A stretch of DNA of 64,000 nucleotides from Fimbriimonadales bacterium. GTDB taxonomy: Bacteria > Armatimonadota > Fimbriimonadia > Fimbriimonadales > ATM1. The notes under the pieces are model-generated. The model was not told the origin of the DNA. It was given only the letters and a program-made list of their open reading frames with translations, and made no database searches. Numbering within the stretch: position 1 is the stretch's first letter; every line of letters begins with the position of its first letter. The position numbers were made by a program, and so were the translations under genes. Of this stretch, positions 1 to 10,147 are shown in pieces. Where the stretch lies: NCBI GenBank assembly GCA_041744215.1, contig JBGTLG010000040.1, positions 1 through 64,000 of the forward strand. Direction: 5' to 3'.

Positions 1-708
1 TGGCCATACGGTGAGGTATCAGCTGAGTCTGGTACCACCACGTCCATGAAGTTCGTCGGCACATTGGGCTACTATTCGGACTCCGTTGGCCGAACCTACG
101 TACGGGCTCGACACTACCAGCCTCAATACGGTCGCTGGATGACGGCTGATCCACTTTGGCCCTCAGAACAGGCATTTACTTACGCGGGAGCGAATCCAGT
201 GACTTTCGTTGACCCAAGCGGTGCTCAGCCGGTTCGAGGTCAGGGGATCGGAGAACTTCGCCTCATATCTGAACGGAATGAGACTTGCGGCATTTACCTG
301 TGCAGGAAGTATGGCCTTCACTGCTTGGGCATTGAGATTCTCACGCACGTTTTCTTCTGCGTGGAGGGCTTCCCCCACGGAAAGGGATGCAGCGGAGGGT
401 TGTACTCGGCGGAGGGAGTTTTCGGTGGCCGGGGCCAGATCGGTGACGATGGTAAAACAGGCTGCGCCTCTTTGCGTAGCGACGAGGGCGTGAAGACTCG
501 ATGCACGCTGATCTCCAGCGACTGCCATCTAGCAAATCACATATGTGACTGTATTGAGGAGTTCAAAAAAGCCCCTCCGATATACTGTATCGGTATACAA
601 GACTGCACGCACTTTCCAAGAATGACGCTCAACTGCGCTTGCGATAAACTGATTGATCATAAGGAGCGGTTTGGGTGCCATTTGAAGTTTGGCCTAGGGA
701 AAAATTAG
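1..708 (+). CDS. RHS repeat-associated core protein, C-terminal part (5' truncated by window edge), with Cys-rich variable tip
   Basis: Frame open from base 1 (WPYGEVS...); core motifs YVRARHYQPQYGRWMTADP and FTYAGANPVTFVDPSG, then ~160 aa Cys-rich extension. Confidence 0.9.
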   Translation, partial: WPYGEVSAESGTTTSMKFVGTLGYYSDSVGRTYVRARHYQPQYGRWMTADPLWPSEQAFTYAGANPVTFVDPSGAQPVRGQGIGELRLISERNETCGIYLCRKYGLHCLGIEILTHVFFCVEGFPHGKGCSGGLYSAEGVFGGRGQIGDDGKTGCASLRSDEGVKTRCTLISSDCHLANHICDCIEEFKKAPPIYCIGIQDCTHFPRMTLNCACDKLIDHKERFGCHLKFGLGKN

Positions 709-750
709 TGATCGAGTGCCAATGACAAAACGCCGGGAAGGGAAGTAGGT

Positions 751-1116
751 ATGTGGAAGGTTTTATTGGGACTTGTACTACTGTTCGTGCTGGTTGTCGG
801 AGGCCATCATCTGTACCGCAAGAAGGGCCTTAGTGAAGGCCGAGCACTTGTAGTCGCTGTCTATGCAGCCAGCGTTAAGGGAGAAACGCTCGGGAGTGAT
901 CAAGTGGTCCCAGAATGCCAGGCCCAATTGGATGAGATCGCAAGCAAGTTCGGCACCGTAGAGCGCTACACGGTAGAAGGAACCTACGGGGATTGGCTTG
1001 GCCTTTCCGGTCTAATAGTGATGCGTGTGCAGCGGTCTGGCAGTGTTGAGTTAGAGCGGGTGAGTTTTGGGAACGGCAGGATATGGTCGGCCAGGCGTGA
1101 GGAGCCTGAATTGTAG
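751..1116 (+). CDS. Hypothetical membrane-anchored protein, candidate RHS immunity protein
   Basis: 121 aa ORF directly after the RHS tip, purine-rich upstream, N-terminal hydrophobic helix. Confidence 0.6.
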   Translation: MWKVLLGLVLLFVLVVGGHHLYRKKGLSEGRALVVAVYAASVKGETLGSDQVVPECQAQLDEIASKFGTVERYTVEGTYGDWLGLSGLIVMRVQRSGSVELERVSFGNGRIWSARREEPEL

Positions 1117-1310
1117 ATGCAGGCCCGCCATTCCTGGAGGCGAGACTCGCCGCCATAGAGACTTCCTTTGGCCAAAACCGGCAGTTTTGCCAGCACACCT
1201 TTGGCCAAGTTTCGCTATACTACACGGAGACGTTCCTACTTGGGAGGCAGATTGGCATGTTGCCGGGCTGGGCTAGACCTCCGACTAACGGGAGCGGGAG
1301 GAAAACGAGA

Positions 1311-2063
1311 ATGATCTTCGCTAGTCGCAATCGTACCGTTGTCTTGGCTCTATCAGCCGTCATTCTCGCAGGCACCGCCAACGCGGCTCTGACGGTCGTG
1401 CCCAACCAGTTTACGGGAGTTGAGGGTAACAGTTCATCATCGAGTCTCTTCCAGGCCGGGGCGGCCAGCGTCCAGGTCTATTACTCTGAAGCATTTATCA
1501 CCGCGGCGGGCATCGTCTCGGGCGACGTTATCACTGGCGTTGCATATCGGCGCAATGGGGGCGGCTCGCCTGGCCCCGCCGGCGACACCACTATGCTCAA
1601 CTACAACATTTTCATGAGCCAGTCCTTCGCGACGCCAGCGGAGATGACCACGACGTTCGCCAATAACGTGGTCGGCGTGCAAACGCAGGTGCGTTCAGGT
1701 TCGCAAACATTTGCCGCCAATAGTATGCCGGGTGGCAGCACGCCAAACGCCTTCGGCCCTGTGGTCGATTTCGACATGGGCTACACATACTTGGGCGGCT
1801 CGATGCTGATCGAGATTCGGCGCAGCGCGCGGACCGGCGACACAACTGGTTTCAACACGGACGTCGACAATACGGCCGCATCGCAGGTTGGAGCTCGCTG
1901 GCTGTTCAATACAGGCTCTGACAGCGCGACGACGGGCACACTATCGAGCAGCGCGCAGATCTTTCAGCTTCAGTACACGCCAGTACCGGAGCCTGCGACT
2001 ATCACAGCGTTCGTGCTCGGCGGGCTTGCCTTGCTGGGCAGGAGACGACGCTCGAAGTCGTGA
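1311..2063 (+). CDS. PEP-CTERM sorting domain protein
   Basis: Signal peptide (ANA), C-terminal VPEP + TM helix + RRRR; RBS GGAGG before ATG 1311. Confidence 0.9.
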   Translation: MIFASRNRTVVLALSAVILAGTANAALTVVPNQFTGVEGNSSSSSLFQAGAASVQVYYSEAFITAAGIVSGDVITGVAYRRNGGGSPGPAGDTTMLNYNIFMSQSFATPAEMTTTFANNVVGVQTQVRSGSQTFAANSMPGGSTPNAFGPVVDFDMGYTYLGGSMLIEIRRSARTGDTTGFNTDVDNTAASQVGARWLFNTGSDSATTGTLSSSAQIFQLQYTPVPEPATITAFVLGGLALLGRRRRSKS

Positions 2064-2155
2064 TCTTCCTGCTATCTGGCCTGAGCTGAGGGTCTCGGTG
2101 ATGAGGCACATCATCGCGTTGCGCGAGGCGGCACGTGCGGTGCTATCCTCGCGGC

Positions 2156-2647
2156 ATGGAACGGATGCATGAGTTGATCGAGGCCTGGGATGAGGCGCAC
2201 TGGGAGTTTACGCTTGCTTTTGAGGGTCTTTCGGACGAGGACCTTTGGAGGCGGGCGCATCCGGCGTTGCTGAGTATCGGCGAGTTAGCGGGGCATGTCG
2301 CTTACTGGCAGGCGGTGTGGACGCAGGGAGGTGGCGAGGACCATCCCGATCCGGTTTCGCTCCCGATCAAGAGCCCGCTGATCGACCATGCGTACCGCTA
2401 TTACTCGACGTCGGTTGATTCCCCTGCTTCGGCGGCATTGAGCGTGGCGGAAGTTTTGGGGGAGCTGAAGCGCATTCATGTTGCAGCGAAGGAGGCGCTG
2501 GTGGGGAGGAGTTTCGCGGATCCGTTTCCCGGCCAGTGGGGCACGTGGGGCAAGCTCGTCCGGTATCAGGTTTTCCACGTGGCATATCATTGCGGTCAAG
2601 CGTATTCGGTGCGGCACCTGATGGGCCACGAGACGACGGATAACTGA
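2156..2647 (+). CDS. DinB/YfiT family protein
   Basis: SIGELAGH and FHVAYHCGQ His motifs; TATCCT 6 nt before ATG. Confidence 0.85.
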   Translation: MERMHELIEAWDEAHWEFTLAFEGLSDEDLWRRAHPALLSIGELAGHVAYWQAVWTQGGGEDHPDPVSLPIKSPLIDHAYRYYSTSVDSPASAALSVAEVLGELKRIHVAAKEALVGRSFADPFPGQWGTWGKLVRYQVFHVAYHCGQAYSVRHLMGHETTDN

Positions 2648-2832
2648 GGGCGGGTGATAACGCCTTCAGTTGGGAACGTCGCGACCGTTGGGTCTATGTT
2701 CGGGGCCGCCTTCTCGCTAATCGCTTCGCCATACGCGCATAGATTATGAATGTTGAATTGGATGCCGCTCTCGCTCGGTGGGGGCGGCGTTTTCACTTGA
2801 GTTTGCACTGGGGTGCGCGTGTAGCAGGGATG

Positions 2833-4530
2833 TTAGGTGCCTGATCTCGCTGCTATCGCGCCAACCTCGATCGGTGCCAAGAGATACTGGTGTACGTTTT
2901 GCATACTGGCGGAGCCTTCTCCGACTGCGGCTGCGAGACGCTTGCCTGAGCCGTGGCGCGAGTCTCCGACGCAAAAAACACCTGGCAAGCTCGTTTCATA
3001 TTGATAGGGCGGTCGGTCGTATGGCCAGGGTGCCTTCAACTCGAGCAAGCGCGGCCCGGTGACGACGAATCCGCGCTGGTCGAGGAATAGTTGGTCGGCA
3101 ACCCAGTCAGTCGGCGGAACCGCGCCGATGAGCGCGAACAGGAATGGCGCATCGACGGTCTGTGTCTCACCTGTTTTTCGGTTTAGCAACACAAGTCTTT
3201 CGAGGCTATGTTCTCCTTCTGCGCCGACGACCTCGGTGTTGAGCATGACGTTTACGTTCTTTGCGCGGTTTACTTGCTGCACGAGGTAGTCGGACATATA
3301 CTTGTCCAAGTTCTCGCTGCGCACGAGCAGGGTCACGCTCTTCGCGCGCTTTGCGAGGTGGGTGGTCGCTTGTCCAGCGGAGTTGCCGCCGCCCGCGACG
3401 AAGACGTCAAGCCCTTCGACGATCCGGTTGTCGCCAATCGCTGTGTATTCAATGCCGTGTCCGAAGAACCGTTCTACCTCTGGGTTCTCGTAACGTCGGT
3501 ACGCTGCGCCTGTTGCAAGGATGACGACGCGCGCTATGACGGTCGTTCCATCTGACAGAGTGAGCATTCTCTTGTCGCCTTTAGGTTCCAGTTTGTCTGC
3601 GCGGCGCGCGAACATGAACTTCGCGCCGAAGAGCCAGGCTTGCTCGTATGCCCGGTTCGCAAGTTCTGCGCCGCTCAGGCCGCTCGGAAACCCGAGGTAG
3701 TTGCGAATCAGCGAGCTTGTTCCAGCTTGCCCTCCGACCGCTTCGCACTCAATGACGATTGTGCGGAAACCCTCTGACGCGGCATAGACAGCAGCGGCGA
3801 GTCCTCCCGGCCCCGCACCGACAATCGCCACATCGCACTCGATCTCTCCACCTTCGACGTCGCTCGCACCGAGTGCGTCCCAAAGCTGTTCGCTGGTAGG
3901 GTCTTCGAGTGAGTGCCCGTCGAGCAGGATGACGACTGGGAGTTTCGATCCGTCGACGCCCGCTTTAGCAAGGAGTTCTTCGCCCTCCTTCGAGTCTGCG
4001 GGATAGAAGCCGTGTGGGATCCCATTCTTCTCAAACTGCTGGCGAATCTCTGTAGTTCGTGCAGAGGGATGTTCGCCGACGAGCCGAACGAGTTCGAGTC
4101 GAGGGCCGTGCGCGCGGGTCCAGTTGGCGAGGAACTCGCCGATGACCGGATAGAGGTGAACTTCTGCTGGCGCCCAGGGCTTGCGGATATAGTTGTCGAG
4201 CCGTTCGGTGGCGCACCCCCGCAACACCTCGACGCTGGCGTCTCGATCTCCCCAGTTGACGAGGAGCGCGCGTTGGGCGCCAGGGTGCATGGCGCCAGCC
4301 TTCATCAGGAATTCGAGACCGGTGGTTCCGGGCATCCACTGGTCTGCGATCATGAGCGCGACTGGTTCGCCTTCTTTTTTCATCGTTTCGAGATCGGCGA
4401 GGGCGGTTTCGGGTGAGAAGTGCGACGCAACGCGGTAGTCGCCGCCGTAGCGTCTGGCGAGCGCGCTGATCATCGCTGAGAGGGGCTCAGGTTCGTCGTC
4501 GACAACGAGGATGACGGGTCGCGTGACCAT
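2833..4530 (-). CDS. Receiver domain fused to thioredoxin reductase-like FAD oxidoreductase
   Basis: REC (VVDD, ADQWMPG, KPW), then GAGPGG, GGQAGTSSLIRNYLGFP, GGGNSAGQ, TSLPGVFCVGD; no CxxC. Confidence 0.9.
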   Translation of the reverse strand: MVTRPVILVVDDEPEPLSAMISALARRYGGDYRVASHFSPETALADLETMKKEGEPVALMIADQWMPGTTGLEFLMKAGAMHPGAQRALLVNWGDRDASVEVLRGCATERLDNYIRKPWAPAEVHLYPVIGEFLANWTRAHGPRLELVRLVGEHPSARTTEIRQQFEKNGIPHGFYPADSKEGEELLAKAGVDGSKLPVVILLDGHSLEDPTSEQLWDALGASDVEGGEIECDVAIVGAGPGGLAAAVYAASEGFRTIVIECEAVGGQAGTSSLIRNYLGFPSGLSGAELANRAYEQAWLFGAKFMFARRADKLEPKGDKRMLTLSDGTTVIARVVILATGAAYRRYENPEVERFFGHGIEYTAIGDNRIVEGLDVFVAGGGNSAGQATTHLAKRAKSVTLLVRSENLDKYMSDYLVQQVNRAKNVNVMLNTEVVGAEGEHSLERLVLLNRKTGETQTVDAPFLFALIGAVPPTDWVADQLFLDQRGFVVTGPRLLELKAPWPYDRPPYQYETSLPGVFCVGDSRHGSGKRLAAAVGEGSASMQNVHQYLLAPIEVGAIAARSGT

Positions 4531-4590
4531 AGAGCTTAGAATATTAGCCGATGGCCAACGAACTTCGCGTTCGATTGGGCGTCCTTATCT

Positions 4591-6972
4591 GTGATGTTTG
4601 TGTGCGTGGCTTTGTTGGGAATAGTCGTTTCGGGGCACGGTTATGGCGAAATCGAGTTGGTCCGAGATCAATGGGGTGTGCCCAACGTGTTCGCGGCGAC
4701 GGACGAGGGCGCGATGTATGGGCTCGGCTACGCGTGTGCGGAGGATCGGGGTGTTCAGATGCATCTGAAGCTTCGCATCATGCAAGGGAGGCTTGCGGAA
4801 ACCGTCGGCGATCTTCCTGGCACACGCCAGCCACACGAAGGGCCGATTTGGAGCGATAAGAAAAATCGAACGCTCGGGTGGGTGCGTGCGGCGAAGGATG
4901 TTGTTGAACGACTCGATCCGACCACTCAGCGACTCCTGCAAGCGTACAGCGATGGCGTCAACGCTTTTTATCGTGAGAATGGCGATTCGCTGCACGAGTT
5001 CTACGAGCGAATTGGCATTGCGCCAGAAGAGTGGAAGCCTGAGCATTGTGTGCTTGCGTGGTGGCATTTGGGACAGTTCTTCGCAGGAGACGGCACACGC
5101 AAGCTAATCCAATATCGGGGCGATCGGACGATGACCGACGAGGCGCGGAGCATGATGCCGCGGATGGTCGTCGACGATGGCGCAGCAGTCGTGCAGCGGT
5201 CAGATGTGAGCGATGACTGGGTTGCGCGTGTCGATGAGTTCTTGCGAAAGCATGGACTTGATTCGGGCGCGTCGGGACTGCTAGGAGGAGAGGTCGCGCC
5301 GAAGTTCAGTCATGCGTGGGTCGTCGGCAATCCTCGGAGCACGGATGGCTCCGCCACGTTGGTGAGCGACCCGCAGACTCCTGTTACTTATCCTTCGCTG
5401 CTGTATGAATTCTACGCGAAAGGGAAGACCATTCATGGCCGTGGCGTAGGCGTTCCAGGATGCCCGTCGCTTCTGATTGGATTCACACCTCACGTCGCGT
5501 GGGGATTGACCGCTCTGGGCGCAGATCAAACAGAACTATTCTTGCTAAGAACTAGAGGCAACGAGTACGAATTGGATGGCGAGTGGCGACAGATGGAGGT
5601 ATCGCGCGAGACCATTCAGGTGAAAGGTGGCAGATCGATCGAGTACGTGGTGCGTCGCACGTCGTTTGGCCCTGTGTTCACGGAGTTTTGTTTTGCTGCG
5701 CCGGGCGATCCAGAAGTTGCCCTCAAGCGTGTTCCGCTTGTTTGGTCGGGAGGTGAGGCGGTCCAGGCTTCTTTGGAAATGATGACAGCGACGACGCGCA
5801 GTGAGTTCTTGTCTTCTATAGGGAAATGGAACTTCCCGAGCGCGAACATCGTGTTCGGATTCAAGAACGGTGACATTGGATATTGGACGGTGTTCGCAAA
5901 CCCCGTTCGATCAGCGAAGGCGAAAGGCGCAGCCGCCGTGCCTGGTCACCGATCCGAATACGATTGGCAAGGGTTCGTGCCTTTTGATTTGCTACCGCAT
6001 GTATTGAACCCGCGAGGAGGAACTCTGTACTCGGGCAATCATCGCCCCATCGCTTCGTTCTACAAGATTCCGATCGGCAACTCTACCGGCGCGCCCGGGC
6101 ACTCTGCGCGGTCATGGCGACTGTCGGAGCTGCTTGATGGGGAGGGCATGCTATCGCCCGACGCGGTATTGCAGATTCACTACGACGCGGTGAACCCTGC
6201 GAGAAGGGAGATCGCACGAATAGGTTTGTTGATTCGGGAGCGTATGCCTTCTGCGCTGTCGCCGGCATCGTTGCGGTTACTGGCGGAACTCGAAGTTTGG
6301 TTAAAAGACGGAGCGTCGATGGACTTGCGCAAACCCGGCGCGCAAGCAGCGATGCGGATCAACACGCAGTTCCGCCCGATGGGTACGTCGCTCGCGGCAG
6401 AGTACGGGGGTGGCGAGTCTGGACTTAGTCTCTTCCTTCGAACGGCGTTGCGCCGGCTTGAACGGGATCCGGAGTCACTACTCAAGCAGGACGAATTGCG
6501 CGTCATCGATTTGGCGCTGGCAGGCGGTGGCGGCCGGGAGGCACCACCACAAAGTCAGCGTGATGCTTATCAGTTGTTTGAAACTACTTTTGCATTCGGC
6601 ACGTCCGCTCAGAATCAGCGCCAAGCGCCGCCACCGCAGCGGGGTCAAGCAGCAGAACGGGAATTCATGGGCGCGTTCCAAGGCTTGGATGGCCTCCCCT
6701 CCCTGGATGTTCGACTGAACGTTCCAGTACCACCGTTATACGTGACCGATGGTGCGACGATTCACTCCCAGCGGCAGCAGTCGTACACCCAGTGGGTGCC
6801 ACTCGCGGATCCAGATCGCGCTCTCGCACTTCTGCCTCCTGGCAACGTCGAGAGCCCGCGGTCCGCATACCGGACGTCTGCACTTGACGACTGGGCTGCC
6901 GGCCGGCTACGACCCGCGCCGCTCTCCAAGAGTGCGGTCGAGAAGTACGCTGTATCGCGGCGCAAGCTCTGA
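4591..6972 (+). CDS. Penicillin acylase family (Ntn hydrolase), secreted
   Basis: RDQWGVP, YGLGYACAEDR, FSHAWVVG (nucleophile Ser), LVSDPQ, GVGVPGCP. Confidence 0.85.
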   Translation: MMFVCVALLGIVVSGHGYGEIELVRDQWGVPNVFAATDEGAMYGLGYACAEDRGVQMHLKLRIMQGRLAETVGDLPGTRQPHEGPIWSDKKNRTLGWVRAAKDVVERLDPTTQRLLQAYSDGVNAFYRENGDSLHEFYERIGIAPEEWKPEHCVLAWWHLGQFFAGDGTRKLIQYRGDRTMTDEARSMMPRMVVDDGAAVVQRSDVSDDWVARVDEFLRKHGLDSGASGLLGGEVAPKFSHAWVVGNPRSTDGSATLVSDPQTPVTYPSLLYEFYAKGKTIHGRGVGVPGCPSLLIGFTPHVAWGLTALGADQTELFLLRTRGNEYELDGEWRQMEVSRETIQVKGGRSIEYVVRRTSFGPVFTEFCFAAPGDPEVALKRVPLVWSGGEAVQASLEMMTATTRSEFLSSIGKWNFPSANIVFGFKNGDIGYWTVFANPVRSAKAKGAAAVPGHRSEYDWQGFVPFDLLPHVLNPRGGTLYSGNHRPIASFYKIPIGNSTGAPGHSARSWRLSELLDGEGMLSPDAVLQIHYDAVNPARREIARIGLLIRERMPSALSPASLRLLAELEVWLKDGASMDLRKPGAQAAMRINTQFRPMGTSLAAEYGGGESGLSLFLRTALRRLERDPESLLKQDELRVIDLALAGGGGREAPPQSQRDAYQLFETTFAFGTSAQNQRQAPPPQRGQAAEREFMGAFQGLDGLPSLDVRLNVPVPPLYVTDGATIHSQRQQSYTQWVPLADPDRALALLPPGNVESPRSAYRTSALDDWAAGRLRPAPLSKSAVEKYAVSRRKL

Positions 6973-7013
6973 TCAGTTGCGTTGGCGCAGTTCGACGGCG
7001 CATAATCGTCTTC

Positions 7014-7733
7014 GTGAGGATGAAGTTGATCGCCCCCGCCTGTTTTCTTTTCGTGTTTTCGGCCACCTTCGCGCAACGCGTCGAGGTCGACGGCATTACT
7101 TTTGCGGAGAAGGACCCGCGGCCCTGGCTTCCGGTTAGGGAAGTCGCTGCGCACCTAAACTGGTCGGTCGGCTGGGATTCCACTGCTGAGACTGTGCTCC
7201 TGAAGGGTCAGCCTGCCGACATGAAAAAGGTCCGCTGGCTGATCGACAGCACGACGGCGATACCGATCGAGGAACTGAAACACTTTGGCGCGGCGGTTGG
7301 CTGGGACCCCGACACCCAGACTGCCGTTGTCCATGATCAGGGAGTTGAGCTTGTGGTACGGGTGGGATCGAAGCGCGCCGAAATCAACATCGCCGATCAG
7401 AGGCTTCGAGCTTGGCAGGGAGAGCGCCTCGTATTGGAGGTAAACGTGAGCACTGGGCGCAGCGGCCACAGGACTCCCACCGGCGACTTTGCTGCCGTTC
7501 GGAAGGCCAGGATGCACTACTCAAGCCTATACAATAACTCGCCGATGCCCTGGTCGATCCAGATCCGGGGACACATCTTTATTCACGGCTACCACAGCGT
7601 TCCGAGCTACCCTGCGAGCCACGGCTGCATTCGAGTTCCTGTGAAAGGCCGGAACCCCGCGAAGTGGTTTTGGGATTGGGTGGACATCGGAACGCCCATC
7701 AGCGTCGTCTATAAGTCAGCCGAGTCCAACTAA
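7014..7733 (+). CDS. L,D-transpeptidase (YkuD) with N-terminal stalk-like domain
   Basis: VSTG, TPTG, HGYHSVPSYPASHGCIR; signal peptide; start 7014 or 7020. Confidence 0.85.
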   Translation: MRMKLIAPACFLFVFSATFAQRVEVDGITFAEKDPRPWLPVREVAAHLNWSVGWDSTAETVLLKGQPADMKKVRWLIDSTTAIPIEELKHFGAAVGWDPDTQTAVVHDQGVELVVRVGSKRAEINIADQRLRAWQGERLVLEVNVSTGRSGHRTPTGDFAAVRKARMHYSSLYNNSPMPWSIQIRGHIFIHGYHSVPSYPASHGCIRVPVKGRNPAKWFWDWVDIGTPISVVYKSAESN

Positions 7734-7774
7734 GGGCTGCCTCCGAGCCCGCCGGTATACTCGGCCGTACCCCT

Positions 7775-9304
7775 ATGAGTCTTGCCCGCGCGACACTTAG
7801 CCTGAGCAGATTCTTCGACGATCTATCCGTTGGAGGAGCTGGACGCAAGGCCATTCTGACGTCGCTCGTCCTGGCGGCGGGCTTGCTCGTCATCGGAAGT
7901 GGCCTACTGCTCACTTTCGGCGTGACTGGGGCACCACTCATGGGCTCCATTGCCCTGATGCTGACGCTCGTCACGGTTACGTTGATGGTGATCAGGCCGG
8001 AATGGCTCTTCATCATGGCGATCGTGCTGGGCCACACGATCATGTATGGGCGTGCTCCCCATCAGGCTGGCATGCGAGTCTACGACTCGGTTGGCCCCGG
8101 AGACTTGCTCTTCTTTCTCGCGTTCGTTGGGGCGTTAATCCACTGGGGCGGTCAGAAGGACAAGCCGACGATCCGTTGGTCTGTCATCGCCTTACCGATC
8201 CTTCTCTTCGTGTACACCGCCGCCTATATGCTGGTCGCGTTCTTCATTTGGCAGCGCCAGGACATTGCGCTGTCGCAAGCCGTAGGCTGGCTTTACTTTA
8301 CACTGGTGATCCCTGCTTACTTCGGGCTTAGCACGGGCCGCGTCTGGAAGTTGCTCGTTCTCACGTTGGCGGTCTCGTTGCTCGCTGGTGCTGTGCTTTC
8401 CTTTATGATTGAGGCTGGCGTCCGGAGCGACCTGATCGGTCGGTTGGGCTACGGTGGATTGGGAGCCCGCTCATTTGGAGATTTGACGGTCAGAACGAAT
8501 CAGTTAGGCATGGGTGTTGGTGGGACTCTGTTCTTTATCGTGCTGGCGGGGTTCGCTCAGAAACCGTTTTGGAAATACACATCGTTGGTAGCGGGGCTAG
8601 CTTCGGCGTCCATTCTGTTCTTTGACAGAGGCCGTGCGACATACGGCGCGATAGCGATATCAATCATCTTGCTGGTGATCTTTATTCCTCAGATTCCTCG
8701 GCTCCGATTCCTGTTACGCACTGTCACAGCGCTCATCATCGTGGTTCTCGCCATCTTTGCGATCGGTGGTGAGTTGGAGCGCAAGTTTACCAACGCGTTC
8801 GAGAAGTCTGGAGAGGCGATTCGGCTGACTTCCCGGCAGGCGATCAATACCGACCCGGGGCTCGTCTATCGAATGCACCGACTGAAGCAGGCACAAGTCA
8901 TTTTCGAAGCCAACCCACTCTTTGGCGGAGGGCCGGGGACGCAGTTTGGCACGACACTTGATTGGCAGACGATGGAAAACGTACCGATATCTTCCATCGA
9001 CAACTCGTGGATGTTTCCGCTCGCGGTTGGCGGTTTGGTGGGGATGGGGTTGATTTTGGGATGCTACGCCGCATTCTTGATCGCGTGCCTTGGGGCGATT
9101 GGTCGACTAAGAAATCCGCTCCACCGATGCATCGCCGCGGTTCCGATTTGCCAGATGGTCTGGCTATTCATCTGCAGTCCAGTCAACTGGTGGATGGTTG
9201 ACCGGTACCACATCGCCGTACTCAGCATCTTCGTAGGTGTCGCGCTCGCGCTCGTCTATCATGAGAAGGTGCACGGTTCGGACGTACCGTTCATCGACCT
9301 ATAG
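7775..9304 (+). CDS. O-antigen ligase/polymerase-like polytopic membrane protein
   Basis: Many TM helices; GRAT, YR...NPLFGGGPG, IDNSW...GGLVG. Confidence 0.75.
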   Translation: MSLARATLSLSRFFDDLSVGGAGRKAILTSLVLAAGLLVIGSGLLLTFGVTGAPLMGSIALMLTLVTVTLMVIRPEWLFIMAIVLGHTIMYGRAPHQAGMRVYDSVGPGDLLFFLAFVGALIHWGGQKDKPTIRWSVIALPILLFVYTAAYMLVAFFIWQRQDIALSQAVGWLYFTLVIPAYFGLSTGRVWKLLVLTLAVSLLAGAVLSFMIEAGVRSDLIGRLGYGGLGARSFGDLTVRTNQLGMGVGGTLFFIVLAGFAQKPFWKYTSLVAGLASASILFFDRGRATYGAIAISIILLVIFIPQIPRLRFLLRTVTALIIVVLAIFAIGGELERKFTNAFEKSGEAIRLTSRQAINTDPGLVYRMHRLKQAQVIFEANPLFGGGPGTQFGTTLDWQTMENVPISSIDNSWMFPLAVGGLVGMGLILGCYAAFLIACLGAIGRLRNPLHRCIAAVPICQMVWLFICSPVNWWMVDRYHIAVLSIFVGVALALVYHEKVHGSDVPFIDL

Positions 9305-9310
9305 ATCCTG

Positions 9311-10147
9311 ATGCCGCGCGCAATTCACCGTCTCACCCGTCTCGCCTGTCGCCTCGTGCCTCCGCTCCGGCGGTGGGATCGGTTTGTTGCTGGGATTAAG
9401 ACACACTTCCCAGCGATCGACGAGGAAATTGAAGTCCGGCTCGATACAGAGAATCGGATGATGATCAACTTGGTCGACTATGTCAGTTATCACATCTATA
9501 TGCGGGGTTACTACGAGCCTGATACTGTGAAGGTGTTGAAGTCTATGCTGAGACCAGGCATGACGTTCGTCGACATTGGCGCGCACTTTGGGCAATACAC
9601 GCTTGTCGCGTCTGCTGCGCTCGGCAAGGATGGGGTTGTGCATGCCTTCGAGCCTGGCGTGGAACAGCTAAGATATCTTCGACACAACATCTTGATCAAC
9701 AATCGTGAAAATGTGCGTGTGAACTCTGTTGCGTTAGGCAGCGAGTCAGGGACGATTGAGTTCGTCGTCGCGCCAAAAGCTAATCTGGGTGGATCGCACA
9801 TCGCAGCGGAAGGCGAGGACTCGATTCGAGTCCCCGTCGAGCGGCTTGACGATTACTGCGAGCGAGAGAATGTAAAGCGAATCGACGTATTGAAAATCGA
9901 TGTCGAGGGCGCAGAAAAGTTTGTTTTTGAGGGAGGTCGGCGCGTGTTTGTCGAGTCACCGCCGAGTGTGGTTTTCTACGAGTGCATCGATTCGTTATGT
10001 CAGCGTTTTGGGTATCCGGCGACTGCGATTCATGACTTTCTTAGAAGCATGGGCTACCGGATTATGAAGTCCACTCGGCACGGCCTTCAGAAGGTTGAAA
10101 TGCCACCGCCACAGGAGGTGCAGGACTTTGTCGCCGTCCGAGACTAA
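9311..10147 (+). CDS. FkbM family methyltransferase
   Basis: FVDIGAHFG, AFEP, LKIDVEGAE. Confidence 0.9.
   Translation: MPRAIHRLTRLACRLVPPLRRWDRFVAGIKTHFPAIDEEIEVRLDTENRMMINLVDYVSYHIYMRGYYEPDTVKVLKSMLRPGMTFVDIGAHFGQYTLVASAALGKDGVVHAFEPGVEQLRYLRHNILINNRENVRVNSVALGSESGTIEFVVAPKANLGGSHIAAEGEDSIRVPVERLDDYCERENVKRIDVLKIDVEGAEKFVFEGGRRVFVESPPSVVFYECIDSLCQRFGYPATAIHDFLRSMGYRIMKSTRHGLQKVEMPPPQEVQDFVAVRD

Noticed and set aside
2596..2808. 70 aa minus-strand ORF after the TrxR-like gene
   Set aside because: No motif or RBS and overlaps the DinB end; cannot be supported
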